From: Kudoa neothunni
Taxonomy: Eukaryota; Animalia; Cnidaria
Length of the DNA: 64,000 bases
Direction of reading: 5' to 3'
Assembly (NCBI GenBank): GCA_964304625.1
Contig: OZ199838.1
Span: forward strand, 4,737,354-4,801,353
Made by a program: the position numbers and the translations under genes. Below, piece by piece: positions 41,666 through 52,115 of the stretch (within the stretch, counting starts at the first letter, position 1; every line of letters begins with the position of its first letter). Under the pieces are notes generated by a model. That model was not told the DNA's origin and did not search any database. It saw nothing but the letters and a program-made list of their open reading frames with translations.

Positions 41666-42769
41666 ATGCTACAATCTTTAATAGTAGTCTTGTATCTATC
41701 ACATACGGACCTAACCGTGCCATTATCTGAAAAAAACTTAACCCAAACTTCGTCGATGAGTGGTAGTTCTGTGATTGATGAGATACAACAGATATTCAAT
41801 AACCTGTTCGATACTCCGCTATCCAAGCACCATGAAAAAATATTTCAAATACCTGATAGCACCGGAATAAAAATGTCTAATAAAACCTATCCCATTGAAG
41901 ATCTATGTACCAATGGTTTTGGCCCAGTGTACAAACAATGTCCCCAAATTGAAATTCAAAAAAGTTTTCTATGTCGTCCTTCCAACAAAAACAAATTGTT
42001 AATCATTGGTTGTTCGCATTCACTTGATAAACAATCCAATGACTCCAATAGTGGAATGGTGGTGGGAATTGAGCAAAGTTTCATGGAGGTTGTTGATAAA
42101 CCAAAGAAAGAAGAACCTGAGAAACTCCCTTATCACATTGAACAAATCAATCAAAAGAATAATTTGATTCACACCCACAAACACAACAAAAGGGAACATC
42201 CTGCATTCCCTGAAAATAGGATAAGAGTTCTGAGAGCCAACCCAGACCTTAATAACGATCACGGTCATCATCATAAAACTAGTAGTAAAAATACTGAAAA
42301 ATTAAATTGTAATAAATTATTATTTTATTCACATTTTTATTACCAAGCTCTACGATCTCATTTCCGTTCGTAACAATTGATTATGATTAGACCACAAAGA
42401 ACAAAAAAAGGATAATTCAATGTTGGATTACAAATATCTCGACACTACAGAAGAGCAAATCTTTAAAAGCTTGGGAACATTTTGGTCTATATTGCTTATA
42501 GTTGGTCTCGTAAAGATGGCTATTATTCTCGTAATTTTCTCCTATATCCTTCATGTCACCATCAAAAAAAGACGTAATGCGAAAAATCTTCTGAGTGATG
42601 GCGAGAATGTAACTATACACTGGGAAATATAACAATTTTTTATTTAATATGCATGTGTATGTATAGTCCGAAAATAATAAAGAAAAAAGCCGAACCTCAT
42701 TCATAGAATCCCCAAATAAATGTCTTCAACACCCAATTTGATCGTTTTACTCTTATTCTTCTTCCATAG
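41666..42769 (+). CDS. Orphan putative type I single-pass membrane protein
   Basis: Hydrophobic N-terminus MLQSLIVVLYLS, ~215-aa polar His-rich ectodomain, TM segment LGTFWSILLIVGLVKMAIILVIFSYIL followed by KKRR. Plausible introns ~42309-42390 and 42609-42666; splice sites uncertain. Confidence 0.6.
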
Positions 42770-43443
42770 AAGTCCTAAATAACTAAATGTGTTCATTATC
42801 CTGTTATCTGTTTTACCATTTGGATTTTTTGACAAAATAACGCCTAACTATTGTTTAAATTTTAAAATGATAGTGCAGTTTAAATTCATTATTCCTGAGA
42901 GTGACTACTTCGTGGTATTTAGTTCATCGTTCTCACACCGTGACAAATATATCATTTGATTGTATTTTAATTTTTCACCCAAAAAATAACTTATACATAA
43001 TTTAGAAAATAGGATAGCTGATAAAATATAACTTGGTTCGAACAAAAAATTTCTTATCGTAGGGATTTCCGCTCTTATTTCTTATTATTCATTGGTATAA
43101 ATGTGGTCGAAAATTATGTTTGAATTCACAGCGAGAATATAATATTGCAATCTGCATTTTTTGACCTTTAATCCATATCCATAAATTTATCATTATTCCT
43201 TTATAACTGGGTTTTCCGATTGGGGATTGGGGGTTCTCGGACCCCTAAGGCAGTGGTTCTTAACCTTTTGGAATTAGCCCAACCTCTACTACCCTATAGC
43301 ACGCTTCGTCGAACCCTCCAAACTTAAAATTTTTTATTTTTTAAAATTTAAATAAAATGAATTATAACTAATCATGAATTAAAATTTAATCAATATTTGG
43401 AACACCATAAAAACTGTAAAATGTAAAAATAATATAAAACTAA

Positions 43444-45256
43444 TTAGTGCGATTTCTGTTCTTGTTTTTTTGCAACCAATTCCGTAATACGAGGTAAAAT
43501 GTTGGAGAGAGCAATTCGCATATCGCTTCCACAGAAAAGCTTATTTCTTAACTTATTTTTGATGGTGACCAACCTTGAAAATGATTGTTCGCAAAGGTAA
43601 GTTGTTACGAAAGGAATAAAAACTTCCAAAGCCTTCATCGAAATTGTAGGATATTTCTCAATTTGATTTATCCAAAAGATTGATGGTGAACCTTTTTCGA
43701 AAAGTTGTTTTTGAATTTTGTTGTGTTGAAGTTCGATAAGTTCATCAAAGTATTTATTATTGGCATCCTCAACTGAAGTATCGAAACTAAATGGCTGCCT
43801 CACCCAGTCGAGGAATTAATTTTTATAAGGGAAATAGCCATCGAATGAGTTAGAAAGTTCTTCTAAATGTGCAGCAATTATTTCCTTTAATTCAAGATGT
43901 TAAATGATCAATTCGTTGTTATCGCCACAATTAATATTACAAATTTCGTCTAAAAGTGGAACATTTGTATAATTGTGGACCATTATTCTTCGTTTGTATA
44001 AAGATAATTTTATATGGAATGTACTAAGATACTCCTCTGCCTCAATGATGTTGACTCCATATCTTTGCATCTGGGGGTTCAAACAATAAATGGAATCAAA
44101 AATATCAGCCATGTATGCCAAAAGAAAAGTAAATTCCAAATTATTGAAACATTGAGCATGGCAATGGTTACACTCCAGCAAAAATATACCTATTTCCTTT
44201 AGCAAGGTAAAAACGAGGTTTAATACGTTTCCTTGAGACAGCCACCTCATATTTGAATAAAACAAAAGTATTTCAAATTCGGAATCCATTTCGTTGCACA
44301 AATATTGAAGATTCGTTGATTCAAAGCACTACGTCTCACAAAATATACACAATCGATAACGATTTTCAATACTTCTGCCAGCCTTGGAGGCATATTCTTT
44401 GTTGCTAATGCATATCTATGTAGAATGCAACGCGTAACAATAATATGAGATGCATCTGCTTTTACAAGATCATAAAAACCTAAGTTACGCCCCAGCATAA
44501 CTAGGGCACCATCAGTGCAAATAGAAAAAACCATATTCCATGAAAGTCTATTGCCTTTGAAGAACTCATCGACAACTTTCTTAGCATCTAATACCTTGGT
44601 CGTTGTTATTGTTGTTGTTAAAAGTTTGCAAAAAAGAAAATATTCAACTATCACACCATTTTTCAAATATCTAACAAACGAAATCAGTCGACTTAGGTTT
44701 GAAATATCTGTAGTTTCGTCGAATTGTAAACTAAACTTTGTTATACTTGAAATTAAATCAGACATTAATTGATCCAGAATGCTTTTACTCATATCATCAA
44801 TTCTTTTCTTAACGGAATCATTTGACAAAGGTATTTGTGCTAATTTTTGTTCTGCAATACTTCCAAATAGAATATTTGCCATCTTCAACGCAGCAGGTTT
44901 AACGAGCGTTTCCCCAATATTGTGAGGTTTACCTTGTTTGCCAATGAGATATGAAACTTCATACGTTACTGTTAAGATAGGCTTATCAATATTAACAAAT
45001 CCAAAATTTTGCAACGTAATTCTTTCAACATATCTTGCTCTCTTTGTTTCAAGTTCAGAAATAGTCATATTCCTATATGCAGAGTCTCCATAGACACTTG
45101 TGAAATTATCCTTTAGTTTTTCTGGTATCAGACTAGATTATTTAATTTCGAGTTGCATATCATGCAAAGAGGTCGTTGAATACCATTAAGTTCCGTAACA
45201 TAGGTGAACCCGGATTGTACAAAATCATTTGATCACTTTCTTTTTTTGTTAAACAT
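43444..45256 (-). pseudogene. Buster-family (ZBED5/SCAND3-like) hAT transposase with frameshifts and stops
   Basis: GKPHNIGETLVKP, PLSNDSVKKRI, FSLQFDETTD, ICTDGA, CILHRYALA, RWLSQG and FVTTYLCEQSFS...IKNKLRN across ORFs 44247..45068, 43900..44301 and 43444..43803. Confidence 0.88.
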
Positions 45257-45390
45257 TCAACGAGCCGATATTTATATCCAGTAACCCTCACAAAATTAGC
45301 AAGCAAATAACACTGCCGCGCAGTAAACTCTGTAACTCGTTACACGTGATTGTACTAATCAGATAAATCGAACAGAATTTCAAACGCCCA

Positions 45391-46031
45391 GCTGCCGAGG
45401 ACAGATAGCACATCGGTGTGACAATCGGGCTCAGAACCATGTAGCAATGGTAATGGGTTCGAATCCGTCGGTGAGTTTCTTTCCCATATTTGGTGTTGCA
45501 TTCTTGCATTCAGCTCCACAGTGCAAGATATTACGCAATAGTACATCAACAATAATAGGTTATCTAATTAATCTAGTTAAAATAAGATTCGTTTCCGCGT
45601 CTGAATCAGCCGCCTCTTAATTTCTCATCAGAGATTAGCAGCATCGCCATTAATTGTCACATTTGGGAGCGGGAGCTGTGGTTAAAGTGTACGCTCGCTG
45701 TGGAGTGGGGTGCATTATCAGCCAAATTCGCGTGAAGTAGGTTAAGCGTGAGTAGGAGTCGGAATCTCCGGAACCCATCGAAAGGCAATAATTTTCAGCC
45801 CTCACGGAGCCAACGTCCTTAAAGGGATGGGGTTTGGGGTGATGGTCGCCCTGAGACGGGGATGTTTAGTGGGTTAAAGTCCCACACTATTGCATAAGGA
45901 TAAATGGCGGGGTTTCATGTTACATCCTGCGGTGCCTACAGCGTTAATGGAAGAGGTCTGACCAACCAGAATTCCACAACCTAATAAGTTGCGCCAGGGG
46001 TTTTACCTTGTAAACAAAAGAAAAACCAAAA
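45391..46031 (+). mobile_element. tRNA-derived SINE, type B (641 bp), inserted in the Buster element
   Basis: 15-bp TSD AATTTCAAACGC(C/T)CA at 45376-45390 and 46032-46046; A-box TAGCACATCGG; B-box GGGTTCGAATCC; 3' ~200 nt shared with type A; A-rich tail. Confidence 0.85.
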
Positions 46032-47488
46032 AATTTCAAACGCTCAAATAATAATTGTAACTAAATTATCAATAATTTTTTTAATTAAACATTTTTATCT
46101 TTTTAAAAGAGCTTCTAATTAGGATTATAAATACAACCAATAGAAGATTTATTTTAAATATTAAAATTATAAAGAATATTAATCCTAGATTTGATCGAAT
46201 GTTTAAAATTTTTTCACCGAACCAAGGTTAAGAACCACTGCCTAAGGGGTCCGGGACTCGCAACCAGAGTCAACGAAAAAACTGTACGGCTAAGCATGCT
46301 TTGTATATAATGTGTAGATTCTAAATAATCAGAAACTCCCTCTAAAATATATCTTGTGCGATTCGAAGCTGGAATAAGTCTGATAAACAAATAATTATTT
46401 GATGAATTTTACTGAAAATTAATTTATGTTTTTAATCTACCGTTTTTTATTTATGAGTAAATGAAAAAAGGGTAAGTCTTTTCCTTTTCGTCCGTAAATA
46501 AATTATTTAGTTCAAATCTTAAATAGTACAATGTAAAAAATTATGAAATATTTACTTTATACTGGGAAGATAAATGACCCATAACGTGTTTTAAGATGAG
46601 TTGAATCATTAAAGCTTGTATTATTTATTATTTTTAATAAAACTATAAGGCAAGCAAAAATTAAACTTTAATTAGCGTCAAACGTAAGTATTTTCAATTT
46701 TATTTCGAAATATAATCAATTCACACTCCGAAATTATATAAATTAAAACTTTGCATTTGAGATTGGGTCACGTTTATTTTCTTCATTTAATTTTTAAATT
46801 TATAGTTAAACAAAAAAAATCCAAAATTTCACGTAAGCCCAACTGTATACATCTAATATTTTTCATGAAAATTTTTACATATCTAGTTCGTTTACAAATT
46901 ATGATTTATCCATATCTTTATCTGATAAAATGTCTCATTTTGACCTAATTATTGCCCAAAAACCAGAAAAAATTTGATTTATTATCGGTTAAATTTATTT
47001 TATTCACAGTTGTTTTCTTGTGACATTGGAAGGCTTTTTTCTTTTTAATGTAATTTTAACAAAAATATTTCCCTACCTAAAAGTAAATCCATTCTAAATC
47101 TCTTTTTTGAGATGGGATCCAGAGTTGTTCTCGTAAGTGGTAGGGGGTACGGAAACTAAAATGAATCGGGAAGCGCTGCTTTCTAACGACTAGTAATGCC
47201 TTCTCTTTTCTTACAATATAGTTGGAAGGAAATTCAAAAAATTTCAGTTGAAATAATTTAGTAGGAATTAACTTTAAAAAATTTGTACATAATTAAAAAC
47301 TTTTTTTTGAATTATACATGTTGATTTTCTAAACAAACTAGTTTTTTAATATTTGTTATGATAAAGTATTTTCAATCATATTACGAGGAGTTTTAGACAA
47401 TTCAAAATTTTTATTAAACTTAACATTATCGAAAAAGCTGGTGAAAATTATAATTTATTGCATAGATAATAATTAGGCTGTGCCTGAA

Positions 47489-48643
47489 CCTCCCATCTCC
47501 CGTGTGGGATCCGCGTGGACGTCATATCAGATTAATTCCAACCTAGTTTTGGATAGACAAATCGGAACCAATCGTTAATTTACAGATTTCCCTAAAAATT
47601 TAAATAACCTAAAATAACGTAGACCATTAAATTTAAAAAATTATTATTGGTCAATTTTAATGATTTCTGTGCCCAAACCGACAAAAATATGTTTCGTTTT
47701 TAAGGAAAAGATATGTATATATCGATTGAATAAATATATATCTTATAATCGCAGATTTTAAGATTTAAGGTGTAATATTTAATTGAGAAAACGATGAATT
47801 TTAACCTATTGAAGTTCACGGCGGATAACCGAATTTTAATCCAAAAAACTAATCTCTTTATTAGATTTATTTTTCGTTACTATGAGCTTTCCTCCAGATG
47901 TAAGTAGATTTTTTGAAAACTTTTAATTTCCATGATTTTTAATGACTTATAATGTAGTTTAAAAATAGTGGAGTTTTCTGTCGTTTCACTTGGCTTTTTA
48001 ATTATGAAAATCTATTTCTGGTGTCATTAAATTTATAAGGACAAAATTTTTAAAAACAGAAAAATACAATGAAAATCAAAAATTACATAACAGAAATAAC
48101 ACGACAAATCTAGTGTATCCAAATGACAAATTACGACTGGATAAAACAGAATGTATAAATCGAGTTCCAAAAGCTAATTTGATGTGTACTTTTTATATAT
48201 TCTTTCAAAAATTACGTTAAGTAACAAATTAGAGCCAATACACCATTATTCAATTTAATCCGTTCCTTGTGAATTTATTCCCGGTTTTATGCGAAAACGT
48301 TGCCGCTGTTGCTGTCCGCACAGGTCAATTTTACTTATGATTTCTTCGTTTAAAGTGGGTTTAATTTTCTAGGTTGCTTTTTTTTAAGTGAAATATTTTT
48401 AATTTTAATTTTTGTACCATTAAATCCGTTCTTAGTTTTAAATAGCCGATATTGTTACATTGAGTGGCTCTGTTTTGAAGCCTATTAACGCTTCATATTT
48501 AATTTTATTTCCTACGCAGAACATCGTTTAATTAGTTCAGTTTAAACATGACAAAAAATTAAAGATCATTAAGAACGTTTTTTCTGTTGCCCCGGCTGAC
48601 CCCATCGAAACAGGCGCGTTTTTTTTCGGCGCAGTACAGTGGG
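47489..48643 (-). mobile_element. ~1.15-kb non-autonomous piggyBac-like element, copy 2 (inverted)
   Basis: Reverse-complement similarity to 22967-24095 (e.g. CCGCGTGGAC, TTTTTGTACCATTAAATCC, AAATAGCCGATATTG); ends GGG|TTAA. Confidence 0.8.
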
Positions 48644-50012
48644 TTAAAATTATTTATATTTTAAATTAATAATTTAATTATAATATATGTATACAAATAA
48701 TTTTACATTAAGATAGAAAATGGGAACGAAATGATTCAAAAGAATTGTTTAACATTTTTTGGTAGAATTCTCAATCATTGTGAAGAAGAATTCCCCTAAA
48801 GATATCAGTCCGAATCTGATAATAAAATCTAGCACCTTATTTCATAAGCAAAATTAATTAAGTCATGTATTCGAGGAAACACATTAAGACGAATTCACTG
48901 AATATTACAGTCATAAGTTTAATTTAATTTGACTCAATGCTTTAAAAATAGTTTATAAGTGCAATATATTACCATTTAGAAGTCCAATATTTCTTACGGA
49001 TGGATTCTGATTAAGGGCGACTTAATCTTTTTTTTAAACAAATATCAATCTTAGTTATTTGTTGAAATTATTTAAATTTAAATTTTTTCGGTAGATATCA
49101 TGAAAATAATTCGAATTATTTAAATTGGAAACAAACGGCGAAAAACTTAATTTTTTAATATTGGTGTTTCTTTGAAGATTAAGTTATTAATTTTGGGTCG
49201 GATGATTCCGTAAGACGTTACTTTGGGAGTAGTTTTTATTTTTGGAAAAATACATATACTTATTTTTTTGAATAAATTAATATGTAATGAGAACACATTA
49301 GTCAAATATATTTGTTTATAAGAAAGAAACTTTTCAAGTTGATCGCCCCTGCGTAAAACCTCGTAATTAAGCTGTAGAACAGGTTATTTTTTGAGTCTTT
49401 TAATATGTTAACAAATTTTCGAAACGGTTGTAATAAATCAATCCTAAAAGCAACGCTATATCGTCTGGCACAAATCGTCACATAAGAAACAACTCTGTCA
49501 CACTGATGTTTGAGAAAGTTGACTGATCCTAATCTGGAACAACTTGGTGAAATTGTTACATTAAGATTCACTCCGCTGTCTACATTGTTTGATTCTTTAG
49601 ACTCAAAAGTATTCAGGAAATTAAATGATGGGTCAATTTAACTTAATCAAGTAAACCCCACTTTGCACTAGCTTACTAACCCAAATAAATACAAAAATAC
49701 ACCACAAATAAAAAATAATAATTTAAAGATATACGACCCAAAGTGATTATTCGAAAAAATAGTCGACAGTGAGATAATAAAAATTAATAAATTAATTGTT
49801 TATAGTAGTTTTCACAACAACACAGAAATCAATACATAATACGAAAGGATCTCACTTCATTATTAAGTGTAATGTAATTAGTTGAGCGGAAGTGTTAACT
49901 GTGCAATAAATCATACGACCTCAACACACTCATAATAAGAACTGTGCGCATTAATCCTTCTTCAACTAAGTCTCTGCGCATCATTAGTGAGGATTATTTA
50001 GTATTGATATAG

Positions 50013-50937
50013 ATGTCGAAGGAGTATGACTTTTTGTTCAAAATCCTCATTATAGGTGATAGTGGTATATTTTTGTTGTGATAACCTATCAAATGAATAC
50101 CATTACGATTGGTTGGTTTGATATTGTGTGGTTAGGATGTGGCAAGAGTTGTTTGTTGGTGCGTTTTGCCGACAATTCCTTTGGATCTTCCTACATTACC
50201 ACTATTGGTGTGGATTTCAAGGTGAAAACTGTTGAGGTTGATGGGAAAAGAGTCAAACTTCAGATATGGGATACTGCGGGGCAGGAACGTTTTCGAACTA
50301 TAACATCAACGTAATCGGTTTGCATATTAAATCACACGCTCATTACAGCAAAAATATCAATCACCATTACATTTGTTGATTTTAGTTATTATCGAGGTGC
50401 GAATGGAATTATGATTGTTTTCGATACAACAAGTGTGGAATCATTTGATGGTGTTGTGCGATGGAATCATGAGATTGCAAACAATTTGGATGCAGTTCCT
50501 ATAATTTTAGGTAATTAATTTTGCGACGAATTATCACCTCCGCTACAATATTTAATTACAATAATTAAAAATTCTACAGCTGTTGTTTTTGTTAATACGA
50601 CTTAATTTTAGTTGGTAACAAAATTGATTTACAAGACGAACGTAAAGTTGATAAGCAAAGAGCTGAGGATTTTTCCAAGTCATGTAACATTCAATATTTT
50701 GAAACCAGTGCCAAAGACAACACCAATGTTAGTGAGGTAGATTTTGTTTGGTTGTCGTTGTTTATGTATATCTACTAATGCTGATATGCTTTCATTTGTG
50801 TATTCGTGTAGACATTTTTAGCGTTGACAAGATTTTGCATTGATGCCAAATTGAAATCTAATGAGTCAGGAGCTAAGGTGGCCGACCAGAACAAGGTCAA
50901 TCTCTCAGACAATACTAAAAAGAAAAAATGTTGCTAA
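50013..50937 (+). CDS. RAB35: Rab35-like small GTPase, 5 exons
   Basis: [22 protein letters not shown]...[11 protein letters not shown]...[19 protein letters not shown]...GNKID...ETSAK...KKKKCC; four GT-AG introns splice in frame; the polybasic CC tail and TITSTYYRG fit Rab35. Confidence 0.88.
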
Positions 50938-51050
50938 TACACTCCTTGTATTTGAATTTTATTTAAAATTTTATCGATTTCTAAATGTCTTTATTTTTGG
51001 ACTAGTTTTGTTTTTTCGTCAAAGTACTGCAAAATAGATGTCATTTAAAT

Positions 51051-51221
51051 TTAATTACTCTTATTATTGTGAATTATCTGTGTTGATTGTACTGTACTGA
51101 CCATCCTTTTATTTGGGTGACCGATAATAAATTTTAATTACGTTTATTGTGGATTATCTCAGTTGATTATACTGTATTGAGCATCATTCTTTTTGGGTGG
51201 TCGATAATAAATTTTAATTAA
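51051..51221. repeat. Two tandem copies of an ~80-bp hairpin-forming repeat
   Basis: Unit TAATTAC..TTATTGTG(A/G)ATTATCT..GTTGATT.TACTGTA.TGA.CATC...GGGTG..CGATAATAAATTT; a third copy lies at 61739-61826. Confidence 0.75.
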
Positions 51222-51228
51222 AATTTAA

Positions 51229-52115
51229 CCCTCGAATGCACTAAAAATCGACTGCACTCTACACCGATGAATTTTGGGGTAAAAAATTATCCCTGATTTT
51301 TATTTCTCCAATCGAACCATAAAAAATACTCGATTTCAGAAAATAAAAATAGGCGAAATCCCAGAGCTATATTCAGCTATAAAACAACTAACACCCCGAG
51401 TAGTAATCCTCATAATCCTACGAAAATTGTATTCGTTAAAATCCATTATGAGAATTATTGATTAAAGCTTAATGCTTGAATAGTTTTCACATTTTAATCA
51501 TGTAATAAATATTTTAATTACTATTTGCGCAACAAAATAGAATTTTTAATGAGAATAAAATTTGCAAATAAACATTCAGAATGAATTTTGCTACGGTTTT
51601 TCGTACCTCTGAAACAAACAGTAGTGGGTTTCTCATCAATTTTTCGTACACATCATTCGAACCTTGAAAATACTTTTCATTTATTTTCTGTTCTGCGTTA
51701 TAGCGGAATAGATAAGTTCGGGCTCTTAGGATTTTGGACTTCAATGATGTTTCTTTCCATTAATGGAAAGATAGTAACTTTGCCTTATTTTCAAGAACTC
51801 TCTCCTAATCGTATTATCCCTCAAGTTTTTTTGAACATGGAAAATGTATATATAAATGATAATTTTAGTAATTAGAAAAAAACCACCATAGGCCGTCATT
51901 ACTGATTGTGGATTGACCCCAATTCTCTAAGTTTTCGATCTCGTCAGATTCTTACGACGTACCACCAGTTGGCGAATATTTAGAATCACTTTAAAAGAAT
52001 TTTATTAATTTAATAATTATTATTTTATCTATCAATTAATGTGAAAAACATCTGATGTAATTTTTTACCCCAAAAAATCATTGGAGTGTAAACTTGTTAT
52101 AATTTTTAGTCATTA
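51229..52115. mobile_element. Degenerate piggyBac-like non-autonomous element
   Basis: TTAA|CCCTCGAATGCACTAAAAAT...TACACCGATGAATTTTGGGGTAAAAAATTA is mirrored by TAATTTTTTACCCCAAAAAATCATTGGAGTGTA...ATTTTTAGTCATT at ~52058-52115. Confidence 0.55.

Larger units (their letters stand above)
43251..46240 (-). mobile_element. hAT/Buster transposon (~3 kb including an inserted SINE)
   Basis: TIR CAGTGGTTCTTAACCTT / AAGGTTAAGAACCACTG; flanks CCCTAAGG and CCTAAGG (TSD with one C missing on the right). Confidence 0.92.

Noticed and set aside
45391-45475. tRNA gene (GGGTTCGAATCC T-loop), and likewise at 31210-31288 and 39213-39290
   Set aside because: No clean cloverleaf; each is the head of a longer A-tailed repeat (TSD visible for two of three copies), so they are SINE heads
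51051-51221. CRISPR-like array
   Set aside because: Only two degenerate units, no unique spacers, no cas genes, eukaryotic context
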